64,000 nt of DNA from an uncultured bacterium (GTDB lineage: Bacteria > Patescibacteriota > Minisyncoccia > Phycocordibacterales > DATDWN01), in assembly GCA_903861205.1 (NCBI GenBank), contig CAIOTC010000020.1, forward strand, positions 39,976-103,975, written 5' to 3'. Both the position numbers and the translations under genes were made by a program. Below the pieces are notes generated by a model, which was given only the letters and a program-made list of their open reading frames with translations, had not been told where the DNA came from and did not search any database. The number at the start of each line of letters is the position of its first letter. Positions within the stretch are counted from its first letter, which is position 1. Below are positions 36,610-46,706 of this stretch, one piece after another.

Positions 36610-38997
36610 ATGGACAGATCATTAAAAGTTTACGCGAAATGTTTTTTTGTTTTTACTTTGCTGTTTGTTGTTTCTTTCGGTTTGTTTGGCCAAGTCGCGC
36701 ATGCTCAGCTTCTCAACCCGCAACCGCCGTCTTGGACTTGGCCACCGTGTTCAACATGGAGTGGAACGAATGGCGGGTCATGCAATTATCCCTATCCTGG
36801 CAGTGGTTGTCAAGGATCCGTCTCCACAGTTTATTGTCCGATTTGTGACAGTTACCAGGGGTACACCAACGATTGTCCTAATCCGGGTGGAAATCTTTGC
36901 AATGACGGATCTGGCGGTGCAAACATATGCCAAAAAGATGGTGGCGGTTGCGGATGCGTCAAAACGTGGTCCGGCAACCAGTGCACTGATCCGGACGACG
37001 CTTGCTACGGCGAAGCCACTTGTTGCAACGGCTCATCTTGCAACAACAATGGCATCTGCGATGCCAACGAAACCACCTCTTCCTGCCCGCAGGGCTGCCA
37101 AGTCGGCCCGCAATTCAGATTTGACGTGAACAACTCACAAACTATAAATTATGGGGGCACCGCCGCTTACCAAATCCACGTCTACAATGATTCCAGCAAA
37201 AATAGTTTGAATTACAACATAACCTATTCCGGTCTGCCTTCATCCGCTTCCATCAGCTGGGGCTGGAGCGGGCAGAGCTACGCTTTGAGTTCGACGGACG
37301 GTGATAATTCCGACACAATCAGTTTGATGACCGTTGGCGGTCCGATCATGCCCGGCACGTACAACCTCACCATTACCGTTACCGGCACAACCAACGGCAT
37401 TTCAGTTCCGCAAACAAAATCTGCCGTTCTCATCGTCAGCCCCGCCAACTTCGCCCAGTGCAACGGTTTGTGGCACAACGCTCCGCTATCCGCCGCCTCG
37501 CCGGTACAGCCGGTCGGTTTGTACACTACTGTCAGTGGAAATCAAAACACCGTCAACTTGGTCTGGACCGGCACGGACAACGCCGTTTACCAACTTGGTT
37601 GCCGATTCTTCGGAGGCTCGTCATGCGCTTGGGACAGCTCAGTTTTCAAAATAGTTCCTAACGCCAACTATTCCGCTCCATTTTGGACAACGACTTCCGC
37701 TCCAAACATTTATCAAGACACCAGTTTCAAAGTGGCTTTTCTCAACTCAGGTGATGGCAAGAGATATTATAATTATATTTATTCGTCTTATGACGGCTTT
37801 TACGTCTGGCTGACACCGGACAATTCCGGCGCCACAGGCTACGGCACGCCAACGAACACCACCGACAGTCAAGGCAAACCGTGGAATTTTCAACGGCTCT
37901 CCGACAACACGGTGCAATACGAATGCGGCGTGCCTCTCACTCCAACCGGTTTCTGGGCCGGAGCCGGCACTTGCGGAACGGGACAAATCAATTTGTCGTG
38001 GAGCGCTTCGTACGGAGCAACAAGCTACACCGTGAAGGACGGAGCCAGGACGGTTTACAGCGGATCGGCTCTTGCCGTTTCCGACACCGGTCTTGTTGCG
38101 GGTTCCAATCACACCTACACGATCACCGCGACAGACGCTTCCGGCACTTCTGCTTCCGGTCCGACAACTCCGGCCACGACGGTCGCGCCAAGCTCATGCA
38201 CTCCGGTTCCGGTGACCACTTTCACCGCCTCGCCGACGTCCGGACCGGCGCCACTTTCCACAACGCTCTCATGGTCGGCCACGAACGGCGCCACTGGTTG
38301 CACGGCATCGTCCAATCCGGTCAACGCCAATTGGAACGGAGCAAAAACTCTGGCGCAATCACCGCAAACCATTTCCGGTTTGGCCGCCGGTTCCTACACA
38401 TTCAGTTTGTATTGCACGAACGCCACAGGTAATTCAACCACTGTTAGTCCCGTTGTCACGGTTGGTCCGGCGCTTCCGACGATCACGTCCTTTGTGGCAA
38501 ATCCACTGACCGGAACTTCGCCGCTATCCACGACTTTGACATGGGCATCATCGGGCGCCACAAGTTGTACCGCAAGCGGAGGATGGAGCGGTTCAAAAGC
38601 CACATCAAATGCAATCGGTGAAGTTGTGAGTGGATTAACTGTTCCAACAACTTTCAATCTGGTTTGCACAAATGCTTCTGGAAATAGTCCCCAATCTCAG
38701 GTTATAGTCACTCCTACAGCACCAAATTACACCCTAACTGTCAGCGTTACGACATCCCAGGGTGGTTATGTCACTGGTGCAGGAATAGATTGTGGTTCAT
38801 CAGGACACCCAACATGCACAGCGACATATCCTCAAGGTACTCCTGTCATTTTGACTCCAACACCTGTCGGCAACTGGAAATTCATCGGCTGGACAGGAGC
38901 GTGTACCGGCTCGGGCGCTTGCTCATTCAATGTGAACAGCAACTTGTCAGTTACCGCGCTATTTGTCCCGCGACCGATTAATTACCAGGAGTTCTAG
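36610..38997 (+). CDS. secreted Cys-rich protein with five tandem Fn3/Ig-like repeats and a C-terminal InlB B-repeat-like domain (795 aa)
   Basis: Signal peptide MDRSLKVYAKCFFVFTLLFVVSFGLFGQVAHA. About 25 Cys in the first 130 mature residues. About 90-aa repeats (..SPTSGPAPLSTTLSWSATNGATGCTAS.. / ..NPLTGTSPLSTTLTWASSGATSCTAS..). C-terminal GYVTGAGIDCG...GNWKFIGWTGACTGSGACSFNV. Start chosen at 36610 rather than the track start 36559. Confidence 0.7.
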   Translation: MDRSLKVYAKCFFVFTLLFVVSFGLFGQVAHAQLLNPQPPSWTWPPCSTWSGTNGGSCNYPYPGSGCQGSVSTVYCPICDSYQGYTNDCPNPGGNLCNDGSGGANICQKDGGGCGCVKTWSGNQCTDPDDACYGEATCCNGSSCNNNGICDANETTSSCPQGCQVGPQFRFDVNNSQTINYGGTAAYQIHVYNDSSKNSLNYNITYSGLPSSASISWGWSGQSYALSSTDGDNSDTISLMTVGGPIMPGTYNLTITVTGTTNGISVPQTKSAVLIVSPANFAQCNGLWHNAPLSAASPVQPVGLYTTVSGNQNTVNLVWTGTDNAVYQLGCRFFGGSSCAWDSSVFKIVPNANYSAPFWTTTSAPNIYQDTSFKVAFLNSGDGKRYYNYIYSSYDGFYVWLTPDNSGATGYGTPTNTTDSQGKPWNFQRLSDNTVQYECGVPLTPTGFWAGAGTCGTGQINLSWSASYGATSYTVKDGARTVYSGSALAVSDTGLVAGSNHTYTITATDASGTSASGPTTPATTVAPSSCTPVPVTTFTASPTSGPAPLSTTLSWSATNGATGCTASSNPVNANWNGAKTLAQSPQTISGLAAGSYTFSLYCTNATGNSTTVSPVVTVGPALPTITSFVANPLTGTSPLSTTLTWASSGATSCTASGGWSGSKATSNAIGEVVSGLTVPTTFNLVCTNASGNSPQSQVIVTPTAPNYTLTVSVTTSQGGYVTGAGIDCGSSGHPTCTATYPQGTPVILTPTPVGNWKFIGWTGACTGSGACSFNVNSNLSVTALFVPRPINYQEF

Positions 38998-39033
38998 GAT
39001 GTAACAGCTGTCTTGGTGGTTACATATTAGTTT

Positions 39034-39068
39034 TAGGCTACCTGTTCAACACTGGTAGCCTATTTTAT
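39034..39068 (+). terminator. rho-independent terminator after the Cys-rich protein gene
   Basis: aggctacc...ggtagcct followed by tattttat. Confidence 0.55.
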
Positions 39069-39195
39069 AAAATATTATTTAATTTGGCTCTCCTTTTTAT
39101 ACTTACATTTTTTACTGATATTCTGATATGGCACAAATGGTTGTCTATGGACTTATTTTTAAATGTAAATCTAACTAACTAGTATCGAATTAAAG

Positions 39196-39726
39196 TTATT
39201 TTGTTGTATCCAAATCTGATTCACGAATGTAATCAATTCTCTGACCATTTATATAGTATGAAGCATTCAATGAATCTTGAATGTAACCATTTGAAAGTGA
39301 AATATAAAAGTATAGATAAGCAATTAAAGATTTATTTCCTTGTTCATCTTGTAAGATTAAATAATTTACCCCTTTAGTTCCACTATCAATAGCAGATAAA
39401 CCATATTGAGCATTATTCAAAGCACCTATAACGGAAAATTTTGTTGAAGTAGAAACTGGTTTATATATAAAACGATTCGGATAATATGTATCAAGACTTT
39501 TATCTGTGACTATTTCTCTCCCTATCGTCTTAAATGTTTTTGTTCCTGCTTGTTGTACACCAATTTGGTAATACATTTGATTATCAAAAACTACTTGAGC
39601 TCCTTCTAAAATTTTAGGAATTGGAATTTGTGTTTCTCTTTCACCCCCGATAATAGTACTTGCAATGAAAAATAATACAAGAATTACTAATATTATACTG
39701 ATATTTTTTTTATTAATTATTTTCAT
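39196..39726 (-). CDS. membrane-anchored hypothetical protein (176 aa), strongly AT-rich
   Basis: N-terminal TM helix ISIILVILVLFFIASTIIGG. Codon usage shifted toward AT relative to its neighbours. Confidence 0.45.
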   Translation of the reverse strand: MKIINKKNISIILVILVLFFIASTIIGGERETQIPIPKILEGAQVVFDNQMYYQIGVQQAGTKTFKTIGREIVTDKSLDTYYPNRFIYKPVSTSTKFSVIGALNNAQYGLSAIDSGTKGVNYLILQDEQGNKSLIAYLYFYISLSNGYIQDSLNASYYINGQRIDYIRESDLDTTK

Positions 39727-39927
39727 CTCCTATATCATACCAGTAAACTTATAAAAATCCAATGTACCGTTGACTTTTTCTAAAAAATGATATAGCTTAT
39801 AATTAGATTCTACACCATAGGTACACACGAAAGTCTACTACCCATGTTGTTTCTGTTCTTTGAAAGAAACAGCGTGGAAAGTGGACTTGGTAGTGTATTG
39901 TATAGGTGAATCTCCAAAAGGAGTGGT

Positions 39928-41997
39928 ATGAAAACCATTCTAAATTTCACGGTAGTTTTTCTGCTTCTGGTTCTGTCCAGTGGCATACTCATCAACAACG
40001 CAAACGCTCAAACGGTTTGTCCGCAAGGAAAGTCCTGCGCTGTGTTCATTTGGGTCAACGGAATTGCAGTAAAAAATTCGGCTGATTGGGATACAACAGT
40101 CAACGACGTTAGAACCAAGTTTTTTAACGCTAATTCCGATATCGACCAAGCTTACATCAAGTTCGATCCTGCCTACAACCAAAGCTTCGGTATGTTAAAG
40201 GACATTTTCGGCCAGTCAATCTTCCAGTGGGACCAGCAGTTCACTGACAGTTTTCTGGCTAACTCTTCGGTCTTGCAAAATAGTTCGGTGAACAATATTT
40301 TGCTGGCATATGCTCTCTGGAACTATTCCTTTGACGCGAAGAGGTTCACAACAGATTTAATCGCGATTGGAGACAAAATTCATTCGTGGCAAAATCTCGG
40401 TTACCGAGTCGTCCTGGTTGGTCACAGTCAGGGTTCGTTTTTAACGAACGAAGCTTACACTGTCAGAATCAGAGAGGCAGTCGCCGACAAAAGCATTGCT
40501 CTGCCAGACGCAAACTTATTGTCAGTTGTAAATATTGCGAGTTCTGCCAATAATGTCGCTGATGGGCGGAACAAATACACCACCCAGTGCAATGACATTA
40601 TCCTGGTTGTTCCAAAAGTACTTCCGGGAAATGTGAACGACCCGACTGCTCCGTGCACTCCATTTTTGATGCCTCCACCCCCCGTCAGTATTTTGGCCGG
40701 AGTCCTTGATGCAATAGCTGCAACAGTGGATATAGCAAAGTTGTGGCACGGATATAACGTACACCAACTTTCGACCTACACGGCCGACAAATCTGCAACA
40801 CAAAAGCAAATCTTCGCGCATTTGGTTGACTCGCTTCCAGATCCGGGTTGTGCAGGTAACGAAAATTGTTATCTCCACGATACATACAGTCCAACCTTGA
40901 ACTACAAGGACAACTGGATTGTGACGAAAAAATCCGGTAACTCGCTTGAACCTTTGCGAGCTTCGGGGTGTTTGACTCTAAGTTCGCTCAGCGGTTTTCC
41001 AACTTTTCTCGACCCGGGGCAAATCACTCTCCGAACTCGCCGAGTTTTTACCGGTTTGTTTTGGGGATCCTTGCGATTTCGAAGTCGAGGAGCGGGAAAG
41101 TCTATCGTCAGTTTCAAAAAAGCGTCGGATGATTCTGTCGCGGCGTCTATTACAGCCGACAGCACTAAAGATTTTGGCGAAAACTGGAGGCAGATGTTCT
41201 TTGGTTGGAAAGACGATAACCTAACGATTTCGTCGTTAGGTCCTCTTCCTGTAAAAACTGCGTTCAATCAAGCAGAGGGTTACTATCTCGAGCTCGATTC
41301 TCAAGGTGACAACACGTTAGAGGTTAAAGATTTGGATGTGTCCAGAGTGAGGAACACGGAATTAAGCGATCCTACTTTGCCACCTCCGGCACCTTCTCCA
41401 CCTACTCCGTCTTCACCCTCACCCCCGCCTTCACCTCCTCCACCACCACCCGTACCTCTCACTGGTTCTTGCTCGCTAAACGGAGGACAAAATCCGGTTA
41501 CAATGCAAGTTAGTGGCACCGCGTATTTCAATGCTTCCTTCTCGGGCGGTACTGGTGCAATTCACTTTTCGTGGACTGGTGCTACTGGAGGTGATGCATC
41601 TAGTGCCTCGCAAGTTTACAACACTTCCGGAACATACACCGCTTCGGTCAAGTTGACCGACTCCGGTTCGCCGCAACAGCAAGTGATAGCAACATGCCCG
41701 CAGGTGACAGTGTCAAATCCCGCTCCACCGCCGCCAGTTGCCTTGTCCTACGTTTGCAGTATTTCACCGCCCACCATCAAATTGGGGTCGAGCGCGTCGT
41801 TTGCAGTTAGTGTTTATGGTGGCTATCCGCCATACACTTTCTACATGCCGGGCGCAGTGTTTTACCGAGCGCCGAACACCCAGATCTCAACCATTCCACC
41901 ACCACTTAGCGTCGGTGTGCAGACCTACTCGGGTTTTGTCCAGGATAGTCAAGGTAAAGTGACATATCCAACCTGCTCCGTCACGGTGACAAATTGA
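39928..41997 (+). CDS. secreted lipase-like alpha/beta hydrolase (GHSQGS) with a Pro-rich linker and a C-terminal beta domain; paralogue A
   Basis: Signal peptide MKTILNFTVVFLLLVLSSGIL. VVLVGHSQGS nucleophile elbow. PPPAPSPPTPSSPSPPPSPPPPPPVP linker. C-terminal domain homologous to that of 48009..50801. Confidence 0.7.
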   Translation: MKTILNFTVVFLLLVLSSGILINNANAQTVCPQGKSCAVFIWVNGIAVKNSADWDTTVNDVRTKFFNANSDIDQAYIKFDPAYNQSFGMLKDIFGQSIFQWDQQFTDSFLANSSVLQNSSVNNILLAYALWNYSFDAKRFTTDLIAIGDKIHSWQNLGYRVVLVGHSQGSFLTNEAYTVRIREAVADKSIALPDANLLSVVNIASSANNVADGRNKYTTQCNDIILVVPKVLPGNVNDPTAPCTPFLMPPPPVSILAGVLDAIAATVDIAKLWHGYNVHQLSTYTADKSATQKQIFAHLVDSLPDPGCAGNENCYLHDTYSPTLNYKDNWIVTKKSGNSLEPLRASGCLTLSSLSGFPTFLDPGQITLRTRRVFTGLFWGSLRFRSRGAGKSIVSFKKASDDSVAASITADSTKDFGENWRQMFFGWKDDNLTISSLGPLPVKTAFNQAEGYYLELDSQGDNTLEVKDLDVSRVRNTELSDPTLPPPAPSPPTPSSPSPPPSPPPPPPVPLTGSCSLNGGQNPVTMQVSGTAYFNASFSGGTGAIHFSWTGATGGDASSASQVYNTSGTYTASVKLTDSGSPQQQVIATCPQVTVSNPAPPPPVALSYVCSISPPTIKLGSSASFAVSVYGGYPPYTFYMPGAVFYRAPNTQISTIPPPLSVGVQTYSGFVQDSQGKVTYPTCSVTVTN

Positions 41998-42026
41998 CGA
42001 CACCTGCTTCGTTTACCAAGTATTTC

Positions 42027-42055
42027 ACCCCTGCGTTTGGCGCGCAGGGGTTTTA
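42027..42055 (+). terminator. rho-independent terminator after paralogue A
   Basis: cccctgcg-tttggcg-cgcagggg followed by ttttaaa. Confidence 0.65.
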
Positions 42056-42106
42056 AATTGTTGATAATTTGCTTTTCACCAAAAAACTTCGTGGTACAAT
42101 TACATC

Positions 42107-45094
42107 ATGAAGTTTTTTCGTCTCGCGATTTTGCCGGCGGTTTTGTTTTCATTTTTCGCTTTTTGCGGCACGGTTTTTGGTGATGTCGTGTATGAACAAC
42201 CGATCATTGGACAGGGGATTAACATCAAAGTTGCCGGCGATTATCACAAAAGTTTTTATATGTATTATGTTGGAGGTATTTCGGAACTTGCCAATCCGCC
42301 TGTCACCTCCGGTTTTATTGTACCTAGAGCATATAACAAAGTCAGAATAAAAAAGATGTTAGGAACATCATGCTCTAATATAACTGCCGGCACCAATCTC
42401 GACAGTTTTAACTACGGCCACGAGGTGGGTGAGGACTACTGCGAGTTTTATATCTATGATGGTGTCGGAAACGCCGGTCAAACTAATTATTTATATTTTT
42501 TTGGCAACGGCCAGGATTTGGTTTTTGATGGCAGTAGCGCCAACGCTGGAGTAACAGTCGACGGATATAATGATCACAGCATTCCGGGCGGTTACGCTTT
42601 CCAATTTTGCGAAAGCGTGTGCGACAGAGATTTTATTCTCGGTCCGGTCACCGATCCGGCAAATTATCCGACCAGAATTTTTGCTTTTGACGTATCAACT
42701 AGCACGAAAACAGCTTCGGTGCACGAATATCTAAATCCGAACGATCTCGGCGCGAAAATAAATTTTAACATCACCGATTCGGCCGGACAATTTTTCACTT
42801 CAAGTGTGACAGCAACCACGACCGGCGAATTTTATTACACCTGGAACTTTCCGGAATTTCCGGAAAACAAAACCGGTTTTGACGATTACACTTTTTACAC
42901 TGACATCGCCACTTCGACGGTCATAAAAAGCAAAAGCGTCAAAATGCATCTCGAAGTACCGATTATCGGCCGACCGGGTTACGGCAATTCAGGCTTCGAT
43001 TCTTCTCAACAGATCGGTAGCTCATTCAATCATTTGATTCAAACACTCGGCACAAATCTTTTCGGAAGTTTAAAGCGCATTGATATACAATCAAGCAATC
43101 CAAGTGCTATTTATTATGGTTCGCAAACTTGGTTTTCTTTGTACGAGTGCGATGATGACGCATACGGAAAATTCTTTTTTGACGGTTCAAATTGTAAATT
43201 TGTAAATCAGTTTATCTCTGACACGATGGGGAAGCTTGATAAAAGTGTTGAGAGTTTTTATCCTGATCTAACCAATCCGGTTATTTTGAATCCGACTAAA
43301 TATTACTATTTTGTCGTGCAAGGGAATAATCAGTTCAATTCTTTGCCTATTTACTACGGAAGCTCGGCGGACAATGTGGACGGCGCCTGCTACCAATATT
43401 CTCTCGGGCAAGAAGCCAAAGTCACTCCCTGCGCTACGGTTGCCGATTTGTATTTCCGTCTGTATGGAATAACCAAAGCACCACCCACACCGACAATTGA
43501 TCCAGTCATCATCATTCCGGGTATTATGGGAAGCGCTTATAAGAACGGCAAACTTATTATTGATCCGATTTTGCATACGTACGACGACCTGATTGATACT
43601 TTGAAAGCGAATGGATACGAAGAAGGCAAAGATCTTTTCACTTTTGCGTACGAATGGCGGAACTCAAACGTTGAAAGCGCCAATTTACTGAAAGATAAAA
43701 TCAGCGAGGTGAAGGAAATTTGCAAATGTTCGAAAGTCGATTTGGTCGCGCACTCGATGGGCGGGTTGGTGGCTCGCGAATATATTCAGTCCGGCCAATA
43801 CAGGCATGATGTTGACCAAGTTATCTTTTTGGGAACGCCACATAAGGGGTCGCCGTCTGATTATTTGAGATGGGAAGCAGGGGAGTTTGAATCAGGCACT
43901 TTTAACATTTTAACAAAGAAATTTTTCCAAGTAGAAGCGTTGGAACATTTCTATACAAGCTTGTTCGATTACATTCAAAAATATCCAATAGCGTCAGTCC
44001 AAAATCTGTTACCGGTTTTTGATTATTTGAAAGATAAAAATACCGGAGTTTTGAGAACATATCCAAACAATTATCCAAAAAATGTTTTTCTGGAAGCGTT
44101 GGATCTCAATACCGGTTTGCAAAAACTTCTGAATTCAGGAGTGAGAATCACAAACATTGTTGGTAATGCTGGAGCAACATCAACAATAGAAAAAATAAGA
44201 GTGACAGCAAGCTCGAGCCCACTTTGGTTGGATGGCAAGCCGGATGGATTTGACGGACAAACGGCTGACAGGGGATTGGAAATGGGTGCCGGAGATGGAA
44301 CGGTCACGATAAATGGCGCAACTTTGGACAGTTTGGTTGCAAATCAGGTAGTATCCGGTGAGCACCAAAAACTTCCAACCATGGCTGAGGCAAAAATTTA
44401 TAATATTCTGACAGGTAAAACGGCTCAAACGACTTTTGATCGCGATCATGGGGTTGATGTGAAGGTTTTGCTTTTGCAACTGCTTTCGCCGGTAGATTTT
44501 GTTATTACGGATCCGAATGGCCGAAGAATTGGCAAAAATTTTGCCACAGGCGAGGAATACAATGAAATCCCCGGAGCGTTTTACTCAGGGTATCAGACAG
44601 CCGAAGAATATATTTCAATTCCAAATCCTTTGGACGGAGATTATAAAATACAGTTGCAGGGAACGGGAAGCGGAAAATACACAGTTGATACAAGTTATGT
44701 GGGCGACACAACTTCCAACACCGCGGAAATTGTAGGCACAACAGTTCCGAATCAAATAAATAATCTTGATTTGACATTGAACAACGTTCACCCAGAATCT
44801 ATTTCTGTTGACCCGGATATAATTAGCGATATAAACAAATGTTTTGATTCGGGATGGATAAAAGATAAAAAAATAAAGGACGCATTGATAAAGGAAGTGC
44901 AATTTATTGTAAAATTTGAGAAAAAATTTGATATAATAAAACAGAAGAAGGTGGAAAAAATTGAAAAGAAAATAGACAAAATATTGGCAAAATTGGTAAA
45001 GATAGAATTGGATGGACTGTTAAAGAAAAAAATCATAAACCAACAAGCTTACAATTTATTAAAAAGCGATCTAGATTGGTTAATTAACAATTAA
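42107..45094 (+). CDS. large secreted PGAP1/LCAT-like alpha/beta hydrolase (HSMGG) with a C-terminal PPC-like domain and a Lys-rich coiled-coil tail (995 aa)
   Basis: Signal peptide ...FCGTVFGDVVYEQ. Motifs PGIMGS, LVAHSMGGLVAREY, GTPHKGSP. C-terminal ITDPNGRRIG...GDYKIQLQG. K-rich tail. Confidence 0.7.
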   Translation: MKFFRLAILPAVLFSFFAFCGTVFGDVVYEQPIIGQGINIKVAGDYHKSFYMYYVGGISELANPPVTSGFIVPRAYNKVRIKKMLGTSCSNITAGTNLDSFNYGHEVGEDYCEFYIYDGVGNAGQTNYLYFFGNGQDLVFDGSSANAGVTVDGYNDHSIPGGYAFQFCESVCDRDFILGPVTDPANYPTRIFAFDVSTSTKTASVHEYLNPNDLGAKINFNITDSAGQFFTSSVTATTTGEFYYTWNFPEFPENKTGFDDYTFYTDIATSTVIKSKSVKMHLEVPIIGRPGYGNSGFDSSQQIGSSFNHLIQTLGTNLFGSLKRIDIQSSNPSAIYYGSQTWFSLYECDDDAYGKFFFDGSNCKFVNQFISDTMGKLDKSVESFYPDLTNPVILNPTKYYYFVVQGNNQFNSLPIYYGSSADNVDGACYQYSLGQEAKVTPCATVADLYFRLYGITKAPPTPTIDPVIIIPGIMGSAYKNGKLIIDPILHTYDDLIDTLKANGYEEGKDLFTFAYEWRNSNVESANLLKDKISEVKEICKCSKVDLVAHSMGGLVAREYIQSGQYRHDVDQVIFLGTPHKGSPSDYLRWEAGEFESGTFNILTKKFFQVEALEHFYTSLFDYIQKYPIASVQNLLPVFDYLKDKNTGVLRTYPNNYPKNVFLEALDLNTGLQKLLNSGVRITNIVGNAGATSTIEKIRVTASSSPLWLDGKPDGFDGQTADRGLEMGAGDGTVTINGATLDSLVANQVVSGEHQKLPTMAEAKIYNILTGKTAQTTFDRDHGVDVKVLLLQLLSPVDFVITDPNGRRIGKNFATGEEYNEIPGAFYSGYQTAEEYISIPNPLDGDYKIQLQGTGSGKYTVDTSYVGDTTSNTAEIVGTTVPNQINNLDLTLNNVHPESISVDPDIISDINKCFDSGWIKDKKIKDALIKEVQFIVKFEKKFDIIKQKKVEKIEKKIDKILAKLVKIELDGLLKKKIINQQAYNLLKSDLDWLINN

Positions 45095-45098
45095 TTTT

Positions 45099-45470
45099 AT
45101 GAATTATTTTATAAAAAATGTTTTATTGCTGGTTGCAGTTTTAATTTTGAGTTATTTGACTGCTCCATATTTCGGCAGTTTATACGACAAATTTTCTCCA
45201 CAATATAACAATTCTTTTTTAGGGACAGGAAAAGATTTGTCAATATTCATCGCCGGTCTCCCTTTTGCCTACGTATTTTTTGTGCCATTTTTGTTTGAAT
45301 TGTTCGGTTTTGGCGCAAAAAATAAGTGGATAATCTGGCTTTTAATTCCAGCTGTATTGTTATGGATTTCTGTTGACCTGTATTATATTTACCTTCCAAT
45401 CATCCTATGCCTCATCGCCCTCCTCCTCGCCAAGCTCATAAATTTTTCATTTAAAAAATTAAGAGTTTAA
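45099..45470 (+). CDS. integral membrane protein (123 aa)
   Basis: Four predicted TM helices. 4 nt downstream of the preceding gene. Confidence 0.5.
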   Translation: MNYFIKNVLLLVAVLILSYLTAPYFGSLYDKFSPQYNNSFLGTGKDLSIFIAGLPFAYVFFVPFLFELFGFGAKNKWIIWLLIPAVLLWISVDLYYIYLPIILCLIALLLAKLINFSFKKLRV

Positions 45471-45508
45471 ATTTTCTGTGTTATACTGAACGGGTAAAAA
45501 ATGTCTAT

Positions 45509-46189
45509 ATGTCTGAATACCACGACAATGTTTTTTTGCAAATTTCATATTTGTTAATAAGACTAACTCTCGGAACACTTGTCCGACTAATTTGGGTCAA
45601 AAGGGTGGAGGGGATTGAGAATGTTCCAAAAACCGGCGCGGTCATCGTGGCTTTTAACCATCAAAGTTTTTTTGATTTTTTGTGTTTTATTTCAATCTCG
45701 CCGAGAAAAATCCATTTTCTGGCGGCTGAAAAATTTTTTACAAATCCGTTTTGGTATCCGCTGGTAAAATTGACTGGGCAAATAAAAGTTGACAGAAAAA
45801 TGCACGGCAAGGAAGATTTGCACGAGACAATTTTGAAGCATTTGGAAAACGGAAAAATGATTGGGATTTTTCCGGAGGGTACGCGTTCTCCGCACGAAAA
45901 AGAGATGTTACAAGCTTTCACTGGTGTAGCAAAATATGCGGTACGCGGCGAAGTCCCTGTACTTCCGGTCGGCATCAAAGGAACGTATGATATAATGGCC
46001 AAACATGACAAACGGCCGAAATTCAAAAAAATTGTTACAATACATATCGGTAAACCGATGCATTTCACTGAATACCATCACTCAAAATTAAACGAGAAAA
46101 CCTTCCGCGTTCTAACCGACAAAATCATGCTGGAAATCGCTGGCCTGTCTGGCAAGAATTATCCAAGTATTGAAAATTTATATAATTAA
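45509..46189 (+). CDS. 1-acyl-sn-glycerol-3-phosphate acyltransferase-like (PlsC family)
   Basis: Acyltransferase motifs NHQSFFD (HX4D) and FPEGTRS. Confidence 0.75.
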   Translation: MSEYHDNVFLQISYLLIRLTLGTLVRLIWVKRVEGIENVPKTGAVIVAFNHQSFFDFLCFISISPRKIHFLAAEKFFTNPFWYPLVKLTGQIKVDRKMHGKEDLHETILKHLENGKMIGIFPEGTRSPHEKEMLQAFTGVAKYAVRGEVPVLPVGIKGTYDIMAKHDKRPKFKKIVTIHIGKPMHFTEYHHSKLNEKTFRVLTDKIMLEIAGLSGKNYPSIENLYN

Positions 46190-46194
46190 AATTT

Positions 46195-46695
46195 ATGCAA
46201 ATAAAATCAACCATAAAAAACAAAGCGGGAAAGGATTTTGATGTTATCTATTACGAAGGATTGGATCCAAATCAAAATCTGGAAGGAAAAATTTTACAGG
46301 CCGTTCACGGGTTTTGTTTTTATGGCGATAAACTGGTTGTGGTATATGCAAAAGATAAAGGGTATTGGACATTACCAGGTGGAGGAATAGAACCCGGTGA
46401 AACTTACGAAGAAGCTACTGTTCGAGAAATACAAGAAGAATCCAATATGAAAGTTTTGCATCAGGAACTTATCGGTTTTCAAGATATTTACGAAGATGGA
46501 AAAATAATTAGACAAACTCGTTCATTTTGTATTGTTGAACCATACGGTGATTTTGTTTCTGATCCAGATGGAGATATAACAGAAATAAAACTAATTGATC
46601 CAAAAGATTACAAACAATACTTTGACTGGGGTGAGGTGGGTGAGAGAATAATAAAGAGAGCGTTGGAGTTGAAAGAAAAATTACTATTAAAATAA
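46195..46695 (+). CDS. NUDIX hydrolase
   Basis: Nudix box GGGIEPGETYEEATVREIQEESN. Confidence 0.7.
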   Translation: MQIKSTIKNKAGKDFDVIYYEGLDPNQNLEGKILQAVHGFCFYGDKLVVVYAKDKGYWTLPGGGIEPGETYEEATVREIQEESNMKVLHQELIGFQDIYEDGKIIRQTRSFCIVEPYGDFVSDPDGDITEIKLIDPKDYKQYFDWGEVGERIIKRALELKEKLLLK

Positions 46696-46706
46696 AACAG
46701 GTTATT

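Noticed and set aside
41380-41470. Pro/Ser-rich tract in paralogue A as a possible frameshift or slippage site
   Set aside because: The codons are heterogeneous rather than a simple mononucleotide or dinucleotide run. It reads cleanly in frame as a PS-rich linker.
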